This document shows, one piece after another, positions 28,742 to 38,360 of a stretch of DNA of 64,000 nt. Under the pieces are notes generated by a model that worked only from the letters and a program-made list of their open reading frames with translations, was not told where the DNA came from and did not search any database. This DNA is from Terriglobia bacterium (GTDB lineage Bacteria; Acidobacteriota; Terriglobia; UBA7540), in contig DASUKV010000083.1 in assembly GCA_036278555.1 (NCBI GenBank), positions 1,073-65,072 on the forward strand. Direction: 5' to 3'. Every line of letters begins with the position of its first letter. The stretch's first letter is position 1. The translations under genes and the position numbers were made by a program.

Positions 28742-29710
28742 ATGAGGATCGAAGCGAGCGCGGCCGTGGTGTCGGACTACGCGCGACTTTTCGTCAACCG
28801 GGGCACCTACACGGTGCAGTCATCGAAACCGCATCCGGAGAGCAGGCGGTACTACTACTATCGTCCGATGGAGAAGGCGATGGGCAAGGCGTTAAGCCTC
28901 ACCGTGGACACATTGCGGCGGCACCTGGAGGGCGAAATCACCATCGCCCTCTATGCGATCAACCCGGCAACCCAATGCTCGAAGTGGGTTGCCATTGATG
29001 CCGACTATAAGGACGCCATGGATGATCTGTTGAAAGTTCAGCGCGACCTCGAGCGGCAGAAGATCTACGCGGCGCTCGAAAAGAGCCGGCGGGGCGGACA
29101 TTTGTGGATTTTCTTCGCGGAGCCGCAACCAGCACGGGACGGCCGCATCCTGATCCATGATGTGGCATCGAGATTGAGCGTTCCGGTGAAAGGCAGCGGC
29201 GCGGTGGATGGGATCGAAGTTTTCCCAAAACAAGACCATGTGGCGAACGGCGAATTCGGGAACGCCATTCGGGGTCCTCTCGGTATGCATCGCGGCGCTC
29301 GGCAACGGTTCTGGTTCTACGGGGCGAACTATGAGCTGGTGAGCCAGATGTCGTATCTGAAACGCCTGCCGAAAGTGACCGGAGAGCAGTTGCAGCAACT
29401 GATCGCCGGGAAAGGGACACCAGAGGTAGTGGCCAGCCCTGAAGTGAAGGCGAGGTCCTTTGCTCCGCGGTCGAGCAGTGGGCATAAAGAGTTTCGGATC
29501 CTCGCTCACCTTTCCGGCAAGCTTCGGAAAGCCGGCCGGAATTACGTCACGCAGTGCCCATCGTGCGCAGCAGCGGGGCACGATCGGGCAGGCGATAACC
29601 TGGCGGTGCGGATCGATGACCCAACGTTCTACCAGTGTTGGGCTGGCTGCACGAAAGAGATGATTCGGGAAGCCCTGGGCTGCCCGATTCGCTACCGGCA
29701 ATCGGCTTAG
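28742..29710 (+). CDS. AEP-superfamily primase (TOTE-primase-like) with C-terminal Zn-binding domain
   Basis: 'WVAIDAD', 'EKSRRGGHLWIFF', 'EVFPKQD...GNAIRGPLG'; C-terminal CPSC...CWAGC. RBS GGAGG. Confidence 0.8.
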   Translation: MRIEASAAVVSDYARLFVNRGTYTVQSSKPHPESRRYYYYRPMEKAMGKALSLTVDTLRRHLEGEITIALYAINPATQCSKWVAIDADYKDAMDDLLKVQRDLERQKIYAALEKSRRGGHLWIFFAEPQPARDGRILIHDVASRLSVPVKGSGAVDGIEVFPKQDHVANGEFGNAIRGPLGMHRGARQRFWFYGANYELVSQMSYLKRLPKVTGEQLQQLIAGKGTPEVVASPEVKARSFAPRSSSGHKEFRILAHLSGKLRKAGRNYVTQCPSCAAAGHDRAGDNLAVRIDDPTFYQCWAGCTKEMIREALGCPIRYRQSA

Positions 29711-29722
29711 GAGGATGCTTCT

Positions 29723-30394
29723 ATGGCAAAGAATCCGAATTTCTTTGGCTTGGCGCTGCCCGAAGCAGCGCGGGAGAAGCTGCGGAAGGTAGGGATCTTT
29801 GTGCAAACCGTGGTGACGGTCGAGCACCAAAACCTGGCGCAGCGCTATGTGGTGCGCGGAGTCGAGTCGGGTGGAGCGGTGGATGGTTTTGGACACTACG
29901 TCACGTTCGCAGCGGAGGATGGTAGTCCGTTGCCTTATGTCTGCCGGGTTGAGTCGCTGGCGGTCAACGGGCCGCACGCCGTGGTGGTGGCGCCGGTTCT
30001 GCTGCGGGCCGAGATGTTGCGGGTGGGGCACACGTATGAGTTGCTCATCACGCGGCATCGGCCGGGCACGGTCACCAACGGCAAGAAGCCGCCGCTTGTG
30101 AGCGAGGTTGTGTTTCGGGGGGAGCACGGGCATCTGGCAGTGGGGGAGATGGGCCTGCCGAGATTCTGCTCGCGTGCTGGCGAGCCGGTAGAGCTGCCGA
30201 AGGGGTTGACCGGTCTTCTTTCTGGCACGGTGCTCGGGACACTATGCACGGCCTGTGACCATGCGCATTACGTGGTGCCTTGCGAAGGCACTGGACCGCG
30301 GGCCGGGAGTGGCCCCGGACCAGGGGATCGCACCTTCGAGGCGATGGATCATGCATCGCTGGGTGAAATGACTTCGCGGCAACCAAGCATTTAA
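29723..30394 (+). CDS. Hypothetical protein
   Basis: RBS AGGAGG; co-oriented with the primase. Confidence 0.65.
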   Translation: MAKNPNFFGLALPEAAREKLRKVGIFVQTVVTVEHQNLAQRYVVRGVESGGAVDGFGHYVTFAAEDGSPLPYVCRVESLAVNGPHAVVVAPVLLRAEMLRVGHTYELLITRHRPGTVTNGKKPPLVSEVVFRGEHGHLAVGEMGLPRFCSRAGEPVELPKGLTGLLSGTVLGTLCTACDHAHYVVPCEGTGPRAGSGPGPGDRTFEAMDHASLGEMTSRQPSI

Positions 30395-30406
30395 GGAAGA
30401 GGCGCG

Positions 30407-30636
30407 ATGCTTACGAGGAATTTTGACCGCCCGAACTGGCAGTCGCTGAAAAACCTCATCGGGTCACGCTGTGGAGAGCTCATGTGGATGCGGCGCGAGG
30501 GGACGTGGAATTCTACAAGCACATCGATACCCGGCGTTACATCCGCCTCGACTCCCAAGGTCGCTGCTTTCACGAAGGGCGCAAGGGGGTTGAGCCCGCC
30601 AACTTGGATGAGGAACTTGAGTGTGCCTTTGCATAG
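30407..30636 (+). pseudogene. Frameshifted small hypothetical gene
   Basis: After MLTRNFDRPNW...MWMRREG, the shifted frame at GAGGGGAC (about 30500) reads DVEFYKHIDTRRYIRLDSQGRCF...CAFA*. Confidence 0.55.
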
Positions 30637-30648
30637 GGAGCGCGCGTC

Positions 30649-30930
30649 ATGAAGAAGTTCGTGATTGGCACAGCGCTGTGGCTGGGGATTGTGGTGGCGG
30701 TTGCGGTGGTTGCTCTGCATTGGCCGGTCGTGTTTTGGCTGCTGGTGCTGAGTGCCTGCCTTTATCTCGTGTTTGGCCGCCGGGCAGATATTGAGCTGCG
30801 CATGGGCATTGGCAATGGCGAGCGTGAGAGGCGGTTGTATGCGACCGTAGTTTGGAGACGGCCCGCGAAAGCGAAAAGCGAAGTTGCGGATCCCGAGTTC
30901 GATGGCATGAAAGTGGAGGATCGAGTTTAA
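30649..30930 (+). CDS. Small two-TM membrane protein
   Basis: RBS GGAG; hydrophobic N-terminal half. Confidence 0.55.
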   Translation: MKKFVIGTALWLGIVVAVAVVALHWPVVFWLLVLSACLYLVFGRRADIELRMGIGNGERERRLYATVVWRRPAKAKSEVADPEFDGMKVEDRV

Positions 30931-30977
30931 GACCGGTGACATTTAGTCCCAGGGCGAGTGTATCGCGGGAAGTAATC

Positions 30978-31553
30978 GTGGCGGGGATACTTGTCTTTTT
31001 GCTGCTTGCGGGCTGCTATCTCCTGGTCATGGGACTGAGGCACGGCGGGTGGGTCTTTATGGCCGGCTGTTGTCTCATCGAAGCCGGGCATGCCGGCGCG
31101 CAGTGGTTTACGGGCGGCAGGTCCCAAATCGAGAGACTGTTCTGGGCCACCAAAGGCCTTATCACAAGCTGGCGCGACAGGCGAGCCGAGAACAAGGCAC
31201 GTTGGCGTCAAGTTTGCGAACTGGCCGCGGTGCGGCGCACGTACCTCGAAGAGCGAGTAAACGAACTCGTTGAGCTTCACGTTGCGAGCCGATTGGCGGA
31301 ACTTGAAAGAGCCGAGGAATTAAGAGGCAAGCAGGAATGGACCGAGCTCCGGGACGTTTGGAGGGTGCTGATCCTCGATCCCAATACGTCCGAGGAAGTG
31401 AGAGCCTCGTGCCGGGAATGGCTGGCGAAGTACCCGGAAACGCTGGATTATCTCGCGCGGCGGCTCACACAACTGGGTTTGCTCACTGAGAAGGACCTGG
31501 TCCTCGACGAGCGATGGGTAGCGCGCGAGCGGCACAAATGGCGCGTGCAGTGA
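30978..31553 (+). CDS. Hypothetical membrane-anchored protein (start uncertain)
   Basis: TM segments followed by a charged helical region; ORF is open from 30852. Confidence 0.5.
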   Translation: MAGILVFLLLAGCYLLVMGLRHGGWVFMAGCCLIEAGHAGAQWFTGGRSQIERLFWATKGLITSWRDRRAENKARWRQVCELAAVRRTYLEERVNELVELHVASRLAELERAEELRGKQEWTELRDVWRVLILDPNTSEEVRASCREWLAKYPETLDYLARRLTQLGLLTEKDLVLDERWVARERHKWRVQ

Positions 31554-31581
31554 AATACGACATTACGAAAGGAGGCTGACG

Positions 31582-32181
31582 ATGCGAGTTGGGACGAAGA
31601 GCATTTTGTTTGGAGCGCATAGTTTTCTCATTCACCCTTTCGCTGTTTTCGAAGCGTGGTGCCGGCTCTACGGCTTCCCTTGGGATCCGCGGTTATGGGT
31701 TGCGTTCGGCGTCCATGATCTCGGCTATTTCGCGCGCGCTTCCATGGAGGGCGCAGGGACCGAAGTGCACGTGGAGCTGGGCGCAAAGGTCATGGAGAAG
31801 CTCTTTGACCGGCGTTGGGGCGATCTATGCCGGCGCCATAGCCGCGAGTGGTGTATCCGGCACGGGCAATCTTATTCGCGCCTATGCGTCGCTGACAAGC
31901 TGGCGTTTGTCATAACGCCCGCATGGCTGTATCTACCGATGGCACGCGCAACGGGGGAACTGGCCGAATACATGGCCCTCGCGGATGGGCGGCAAGCTGG
32001 GGGGAAGTTCACTGAGGCGGAGCGGTCTCTCCTTCAGTCGGGTGACGCACGCCTTTGGCTCAAAGGCTTGAAGAGCTACACGGCTCGATGGGTTGACGAG
32101 CACCGTAATGAACGACGGGACATGCGGACTATTCGACGGGAGATCCTCAAAAAACTTAGGCTGGCGATTTCGGCGCGGTAA
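31582..32181 (+). CDS. HD-superfamily-like hypothetical protein
   Basis: H...VHDLGY...HVELGA...RRHSR...VADKLA pattern; RBS AAGGAGG. Confidence 0.6.
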   Translation: MRVGTKSILFGAHSFLIHPFAVFEAWCRLYGFPWDPRLWVAFGVHDLGYFARASMEGAGTEVHVELGAKVMEKLFDRRWGDLCRRHSREWCIRHGQSYSRLCVADKLAFVITPAWLYLPMARATGELAEYMALADGRQAGGKFTEAERSLLQSGDARLWLKGLKSYTARWVDEHRNERRDMRTIRREILKKLRLAISAR

Positions 32182-32557
32182 AGGATTGCGCCGGCGCAGC
32201 CCGCGAAGGTGATGACTGCCGGGCGGCGCGAAAGGACTAACACACGAACCAACATCCGGGTGGCGGTAAGGCAGGGCAGCGCGGCGAGCGTGGGATTCCT
32301 GCGGAGCGGCCCGGGAGTCGCGACAGGTGACGGGGCGGGCGTAGCACGGCGAGTGTGGGATTGCCTGCCCTGTTGCTGAGTTTTTTGCCGCTTCAGTTCT
32401 CGAATGGGATTGTACGGGCTTGCCTTGCGAGCGTGGTCTCCGTGGGCTCCTTCCACCTCCACACGCTGGGTTTTCGGGGCCCAGGCAAGGCAATCAATTT
32501 TCCGGCCGGGCGCCTCGAAGATGGAAGGCGGCCGGCGGTTTATCGAGGTAGAAAGTC

Positions 32558-33325
32558 ATGCAACAAAATACGGAAATCACTACGCCAGGTGCACCTCCAA
32601 GCAGTGAGGATGCCCACGCGGAGCGAGAGCTGAAGGCGATTGTGATCCCTCGCGATGGTTCGAAGAAAAGCCAGCCTTTACGCGCCGGAAGCGGGAAGAG
32701 GCAGTTGAAAGTGACGAGCGCTATCGAAGACCAAACACCGGCGGCAAAAACCATCAGCCCGGCGGAGATTAGCAGCTTGGCACAAGGTCAGCAGCCCTTC
32801 CGCCGCAGGCTGCCGGATGAACGGAAAGCGGTCGTGCATCACTTCTCAGTTGGTGGCCACGAGGGCTATCTGATGGTGGGCCTCTACGAGGACGGCCAAC
32901 CGGGTGAAATCTTTATCCGCATGGCGAAGGCCGGCTCAACCATCGCCGGCATGATGGACTCGTTTGGGATTGCTGTTTCATTGGCGCTGCAATATGGCGT
33001 ACCTCTCGCGATCTTAATTAATAAGTTCAGCCACACGCGCTTCGAGCCGAGTGGCTGGACGATGGTCAAAGACATCGGGTACGCCAAGTCTCTGATGGAT
33101 TATGTTTTCCGCTGGCTGGCCTTGAAGTTTCTTCCCGCCTCCTCTCCTCCCCCCACGGGCGCTGGAGGCAGTAATCCTGCCCCGGCGCCCGCCTTCCTTT
33201 CGGCGGATGGGCCGGAGCATAGCGAAGCGGACGCCCCGGCCTGCAAGGAGTGTGGCGCCATCATGAGTCGCAACGGGTCGTGTTACCGCTGTGGAAATTG
33301 CGGATGGACGAGCGGGTGTTCGTGA
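32558..33325 (+). CDS. Stand-alone NrdJ C-terminal TSCPD domain protein with Zn ribbon (start uncertain)
   Basis: 'RRRLPDER...HHFSVGGHEGY..VGLYEDGQPGEIFI.MAK.GST..G.MD', 'RFEPSG', 'KSLMDYVFRWL', 'DAPAC..CG.IM.RNGSCY.C.NCG.TSGCS'. Confidence 0.85.
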   Translation: MQQNTEITTPGAPPSSEDAHAERELKAIVIPRDGSKKSQPLRAGSGKRQLKVTSAIEDQTPAAKTISPAEISSLAQGQQPFRRRLPDERKAVVHHFSVGGHEGYLMVGLYEDGQPGEIFIRMAKAGSTIAGMMDSFGIAVSLALQYGVPLAILINKFSHTRFEPSGWTMVKDIGYAKSLMDYVFRWLALKFLPASSPPPTGAGGSNPAPAPAFLSADGPEHSEADAPACKECGAIMSRNGSCYRCGNCGWTSGCS

Positions 33326-33420
33326 GCGTTGGCCGCACGGAATCTCGAAAATGCACGAGTCTCGGATTTTTGATGCCGGGCATCTCGAGCTGGCGCGGAA
33401 TGCTCCGAAAGGGAGAAAAG

Positions 33421-33663
33421 ATGTCGCTGAACACGTTGTCCAGTCTCCCGCAGCTTCCAGAAGCTGACGAGTTTCCGCTTTTTCTGTACCTCTACGATCC
33501 GCGGGGATTTTACAGAGGCGCGAAGCGTTTGAACAATAGCCAGGAGCTGAAGACTGCATTCGAGCGTGAGATCATTCCTGCAATCCGTGAAGGCCGGGAG
33601 GTGAGGATTTGTGATTCTAATGATTTTCTTTGCGTCCATGCGAAAGCAGGAAAGGTCGTCTAG
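33421..33663 (+). CDS. Small hypothetical protein
   Basis: ATG after GGGAG; 80 aa. Confidence 0.45.
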   Translation: MSLNTLSSLPQLPEADEFPLFLYLYDPRGFYRGAKRLNNSQELKTAFEREIIPAIREGREVRICDSNDFLCVHAKAGKVV

Positions 33664-33717
33664 CCGGCGGATGGAAGAACTGGCAAGGTCTGACCGAGCA
33701 GGTGGTGGCGTGCGCGG

Positions 33718-35310
33718 ATGGCCCAGATGGATGGTGAGCAGGTCACGGGGCAGAATTTGACGGGGGCCCGCATGCAGCCGAGGGGTTCGAGTAGCAGTGT
33801 GGACGTGGAGAAACTTGCGCGGGTCTGGGGGCTCCCATCCCTGACTGCACTTTCCTTTCTGGTCCCGATCGCTTTTCTCTACTGGCAGCTTGGAGGACCT
33901 CGAGCTTTACTGGCCGATCCGAGCACGGGCGTCCATATTCGTACGGGCCAGTGGATCCTCGCCCACCACGCGATCCCTCGACACGATCTGTTTTCTTTTA
34001 CGCTCGCTGGCAAATCCTGGTGTGACTGGGAGTGGCTGAGCGATGTCATTTTCGCCGCAGCGTATCGGTTATATGGATTATCTGGCGTGGCGGCGCTCAG
34101 TCTGGCGCTGCTCTGTCTGAGTTCAGTTGTCATTTACCGGACAGCCCGAATTCACACTGGCCCGATCGTTGCAGGCGCGGTCTGCGGGCTGGCGATGGCG
34201 ACAACAAGCATTCACTGGCTGGCGCGGCCACACCTGTTTACTTGGCTCTTGCTCGCGGTGTGTTGCTGGTTGCTGGAAAAGAAGCTCCTGAGGCTCCAAC
34301 GGAGATGGTTCTGGGTCTTGCTTTGCCTCATGGCGCTTTGGGTGAATCTCCATCCTGGGTTTGTGGCGTGGTTTCTCGTTTTAGGCGCGCGGCTCTCGGG
34401 CAGTTGCCTCGACTGGCGATTCGAGAGCACGAAAACGGACCGCGCGAATTATCAAGCAGAGGCAAAATGGTGCTGCTTGCTACTCGCTGCTTGTGCGGCG
34501 GTCACGCTGGCTAATCCCTACTCCGTTCATCTCCTGCAGCACGTTGCCTCCTACCTGTTCGCCCCGTCCACGGTCACGGCACACGTCGAGGAATGGCTTT
34601 CTCCGAGCTTCCGTAACGCCCGGCTGGCATGGTTCGATATCCTGCTGCCGCTGGCAGGCGCGGCGGGAGTGTGGCATGCCATGAAGGGGCGTTTCTACTG
34701 GTGCCTGTTGACCTTCGGGTTCATGCACCTTGCGCTCCAATCAGTGCGCAATGTGCCGCTGGTTGCGATTGTCTGCGCGGCGCCGCTGGCTGCGGCGGCG
34801 GAAGACGCTTTGGCAGAGTTTGATTATGGGCGCGCGTTGCGGGAAGCTGCCAAGGCGCTGGTAGGAATGAAGTCTGACTGGGGAACGATTATCGCGTGGG
34901 CGCTGGGCGTGGCGATGCTTGGGACTGTGAGCGCGTCGCCAGTAATGCTGGGGCGGGCTGGGGGCATCCCCGCCAAAGCAATCGAGCGGCTGCCTGCCGG
35001 ACGGCTCTTCACGACCGATCAATGGGCGGACTACTTAATCTATGCCAAGCCCAGACGCGAAGTATTTTTTGACGGTCGCAACGATTTTTACGGGCCGGGG
35101 TTTGTGAAATCCTACCTTCAAGTCATGCGGGCTCAGCCGGGCTGGGATGACATCCTGGAGGAATACGGTGTGTCCGTCGCGCTTGTCCCCACTGACAGCG
35201 CGATCCAGGCTGCCCTCAGTCATGACGCGGCGTGGATGACGGTGTATCAGGATTCAAAGGCGACCACGCTCTTTAGGAGAGACAAATTTGATGGAGGGCG
35301 GAAACGTTGA
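33718..35310 (+). CDS. Polytopic membrane protein, GT-C glycosyltransferase-like
   Basis: 'D...HIRTGQWI...P..D.FSFT..G..W...EWL', 'RPHLFT', 'LWVNLHPGF', 'NPY', 'FFDGR.DFYG'; about 11 TM segments. Confidence 0.65.
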   Translation: MAQMDGEQVTGQNLTGARMQPRGSSSSVDVEKLARVWGLPSLTALSFLVPIAFLYWQLGGPRALLADPSTGVHIRTGQWILAHHAIPRHDLFSFTLAGKSWCDWEWLSDVIFAAAYRLYGLSGVAALSLALLCLSSVVIYRTARIHTGPIVAGAVCGLAMATTSIHWLARPHLFTWLLLAVCCWLLEKKLLRLQRRWFWVLLCLMALWVNLHPGFVAWFLVLGARLSGSCLDWRFESTKTDRANYQAEAKWCCLLLAACAAVTLANPYSVHLLQHVASYLFAPSTVTAHVEEWLSPSFRNARLAWFDILLPLAGAAGVWHAMKGRFYWCLLTFGFMHLALQSVRNVPLVAIVCAAPLAAAAEDALAEFDYGRALREAAKALVGMKSDWGTIIAWALGVAMLGTVSASPVMLGRAGGIPAKAIERLPAGRLFTTDQWADYLIYAKPRREVFFDGRNDFYGPGFVKSYLQVMRAQPGWDDILEEYGVSVALVPTDSAIQAALSHDAAWMTVYQDSKATTLFRRDKFDGGRKR

Positions 35311-35939
35311 AGCATCTGATCAGGATCGTTATCGCTCTGCTCGTGATTTCGTGGGCGTGGCACTACGGGCGGGAAACGTTTAACCGATGGGTTGAGCGGA
35401 CTTCGCGGGTGGACTTCTCAACGCCCGCAATGCCTGCGGCGGCGGGGTCCTTCTTTGGATTTCCCAACGGAGAGCACTTTTCGCCGGGAGAGAATCTGGA
35501 ACGGCTGGATTACGAAGTTGTTCGCCGCGCGCATCGTTCGCTCGATATTTCAATGTACGCATTTACAGACCGCGTTCTTGCGGCCGAGGTCGTTGACGCA
35601 GCCCGGCGCGGTGTCAAAGTGCGCATCTACCGCGACGGCGAGCAGTATGAAGAAGAACAGGAGCGGGCTTTCCGATACGGCTCGACGACGGATATGTTCC
35701 GCGGTCAGCCCAACATCCACATTCGCGTCAAGCCTCCCAGCCGCTGGCTGTTGATGCACGAAAAGGATGTCTGCGCTGATCGTTCGCTGCTGCGGACCGG
35801 TTCGGCTAACTGGTCTCCGAGCGGAGAAAAGCGGCAGGACAACGATTCTGATTACGTGACTGATTGGCGGGGTATCGAGCGGTTTGAGCGAAATTTCGAA
35901 GTTTTGTGGAACCGCAGGTCCAACTTCATCGTTCAATAG
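35307..35939 (+). CDS. Phospholipase D-family nuclease (Nuc-like)
   Basis: 'SLDISMYAFTD...A.RGVKVRI', single HxK(x4)D 'HEKDVCAD', 'TGSANWS'; N-terminal signal/TM. Confidence 0.85.
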   Translation: MKHLIRIVIALLVISWAWHYGRETFNRWVERTSRVDFSTPAMPAAAGSFFGFPNGEHFSPGENLERLDYEVVRRAHRSLDISMYAFTDRVLAAEVVDAARRGVKVRIYRDGEQYEEEQERAFRYGSTTDMFRGQPNIHIRVKPPSRWLLMHEKDVCADRSLLRTGSANWSPSGEKRQDNDSDYVTDWRGIERFERNFEVLWNRRSNFIVQ

Positions 35940-36069
35940 CCTGCCCGTCTCCACGCTCCTCGACAGTTCAAGTATGCGCCTGACGCGTCCTGCTATCAGG
36001 CTCTCCCTCCAAAAGTGAAGTTTCGACGCCCTCGGTTGGTGTTTCGGGCGCCCGGAGAAGAGGTGTGTC

Positions 36070-37125
36070 ATGACAACGCTTCCACTCGACCTAAGTCGCC
36101 AAAGCCCAGAAGCCAAGGCTTTCGAGGCCGGACTTCGCCTGCGTGTCGTCGGCCAGGATGACGCTATCCGGCGCTTGGCAGAGGTATATCAAGTTTATCT
36201 GGCAGGCTTGGCCGCTCCCGGGCGGCCACTGGCTAACCTGCTCTTCCTTGGTCCGACCGGTTCGGGCAAGACACGATTAGTCGAGGCCATGGCGGAGGCG
36301 TTGTTTGGCAACGCGCGCGCCGTGATCAAGATTGATTGCGCCGAGCTCCAGCACAGTCACGAAATCTCCAAGCTTATCGGCTCGCCGCCGGGCTACCTCG
36401 GGCATCGGGAAACACAACCGTTGCTCACTCAGGAAACCCTCGATCAGCACCACACGGAGAAATTGAAGCTGTCGCTGGTGCTCTTTGACGAAATCGAGAA
36501 AGCCAGCGACTCCTTGTGGCAACTGTTGCTGGGTGTACTGGATAAAGCCACGCTGACGCTGGGCGACAACCGCCGCGTGGACTTCTCGCGGACCGTGATC
36601 GTTATGACGTCGAATCTCGGGGCGCGGGAGATGGCGCGGTTGATGGAGGGAGGGATGGGGTTTCATTCGTGCGGGTGCGAAAGCTGCGAAGAATTGGATG
36701 CGAAGCTTGAGCGCACGGCGATCGACGCGGCCCGGCGGAAGTTCTACCCGGAGTTCATGAACCGGATCGACAAAGTGATGGTATTCCGCCCATTGGGCCG
36801 CGTGGAGTTGGAGAAAGTACTGGGTATTGAGCTGGCTCGAATTGGGGACCGGATCGCGGCCTCGACGAGCGGCCGTCCGTTTGTCTTCCAGTGCACGCCG
36901 GCGGCACGGGATTTCTTGCTCGCTGAGGGGACTGATCCCCGGTATGGAGCGCGTCATCTTAAGCGCACCCTTGAGCGCCATCTGGTGTTCCCATTCGCTA
37001 ACCTGATGGCGACGGGACAGATCGGCGAGGGCGAGGTGCTTGTGGCGGACCACGGTCCGTTGAACGGGCATCTTTCATTTGCCAAGCGGGCGTGCGAGGC
37101 GTTGGTACACGTCGCGGCCGCATGA
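36070..37125 (+). CDS. Single-NBD ClpA/ClpB-like AAA+ ATPase (D2 domain only)
   Basis: 'VVGQDDAI', GPTGSGKT, 'KLIGSPPGYLG', LFDEIEKA, 'MTSNLG', 'PEFMNRID', 'YGARHLKR'. Confidence 0.9.
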   Translation: MTTLPLDLSRQSPEAKAFEAGLRLRVVGQDDAIRRLAEVYQVYLAGLAAPGRPLANLLFLGPTGSGKTRLVEAMAEALFGNARAVIKIDCAELQHSHEISKLIGSPPGYLGHRETQPLLTQETLDQHHTEKLKLSLVLFDEIEKASDSLWQLLLGVLDKATLTLGDNRRVDFSRTVIVMTSNLGAREMARLMEGGMGFHSCGCESCEELDAKLERTAIDAARRKFYPEFMNRIDKVMVFRPLGRVELEKVLGIELARIGDRIAASTSGRPFVFQCTPAARDFLLAEGTDPRYGARHLKRTLERHLVFPFANLMATGQIGEGEVLVADHGPLNGHLSFAKRACEALVHVAAA

Positions 37126-37247
37126 GGAGCCATCAGCAAACGGTCGCTCTCACCTGGGCGATTTGTGCGCCGGACGTGAGCGGATGCTTATTCACCCTTG
37201 CCTGCTGTTCGAGCCGCAGAAAATTCTTAAAGCAAGGAGTCAGAGTT

Positions 37248-38360
37248 ATGGAATTTACGACTGATGCGTCGAAGTTCGCCGAGGCCCTGGAGCAGATTCA
37301 GGGTGCGGTGGACAAGAAGAACACGATGCCGATTCTCTCTCACTGTTTTGTAGAGGCCAGCAATCAAGGATTGCGATTGACTGCCACGGACCTGGAGCTG
37401 GGCATTCAGCTGTTTTGTCCGGCACAGGTGAAGGATGCTGGCGGCGGGGCGATTCCGGCCCGGCGGCTGCTAGATATTGTGCGGTCGGTTGGAGAGGGTG
37501 ACGTTCGCGCCCGAGAGATGGAAAATCACTGGATCCGAATCGCCTCCAGCCGGTCCATCTTCAAGCTCGCGGCTATGGCCAAAGACAACTTTCCCGCGAT
37601 GCCTGACGTTCCTCAATCCCTTGGCAGCGTGCCCTCAGGAGCATTGCGATGGTTGATCGACCGCACGGCTTTTGCCGTCAGCCAGGACGACGGGCGATAC
37701 ACGCTGAACGCCGCTTTGTTAGTCCTGAAGGCCGACAGTGTTCGGATGGTCGCAACGGATGGCTCACGATTGCCGCTGGCCGGGCAGGATGTGGAAGTCA
37801 ACGGACTGCAAAACGAGGAACGGTTGCTGATTCCGAAGCGGGCGCTCGGCGCTCTGCGGCGGTTGGCGGACACGGAGGAAAGCGATATGCCGGTCCACAT
37901 CGCCAAGGATGACGGCCACCTGTTTTTTACGGTTGGCGATGGGGTCCTCATCATCCGGATGATTTCGGGGCAGTTTCCCAATTACGAAGGTGTCCTACCC
38001 CAGTCGAACGATATCGTCGCGACGGTGGATACGGCAGCCTTCCGTAAGGCGCTGGAGCGGGTGTCTCTGCTCGCGCCGGAGCGAGGGCACGGCGTTTCTT
38101 TTGCCTGGGATCCCGGACGCATCACGCTGTCCGCAACGGGCAGTGATGCGGGCGAGGCCACCGAATCGCTCGATGCGACTTATAGCGGGGAGCCTTTACG
38201 AATTGGATTTAACTGCCTGTTCGTGATGGATTTCTTCAGCGCGGTAAGAACCGGGCAGGTGGAAATCGCCCTGAAGGACGAGCAGAGCGCTGTTGAGTTC
38301 CGGCCGCTGGAGGACGAACATGGCCAATACCGGTACATTTTGATGCCTATGCGGCTGTGA
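37248..38360 (+). CDS. dnaN: DNA polymerase III beta sliding clamp
   Basis: 'MPILSH', 'ATDLEL', 'VATDG.RL', 'GQFPNYE', 'IGFN', C-terminal 'YILMPMRL'; not flanked by dnaA/recF. Confidence 0.95.
   Translation: MEFTTDASKFAEALEQIQGAVDKKNTMPILSHCFVEASNQGLRLTATDLELGIQLFCPAQVKDAGGGAIPARRLLDIVRSVGEGDVRAREMENHWIRIASSRSIFKLAAMAKDNFPAMPDVPQSLGSVPSGALRWLIDRTAFAVSQDDGRYTLNAALLVLKADSVRMVATDGSRLPLAGQDVEVNGLQNEERLLIPKRALGALRRLADTEESDMPVHIAKDDGHLFFTVGDGVLIIRMISGQFPNYEGVLPQSNDIVATVDTAAFRKALERVSLLAPERGHGVSFAWDPGRITLSATGSDAGEATESLDATYSGEPLRIGFNCLFVMDFFSAVRTGQVEIALKDEQSAVEFRPLEDEHGQYRYILMPMRL

Noticed and set aside
32185-32555. Cobalamin riboswitch upstream of the NrdJ fragment
   Set aside because: No recognisable B12-box consensus; kept only as an unassigned structured region.
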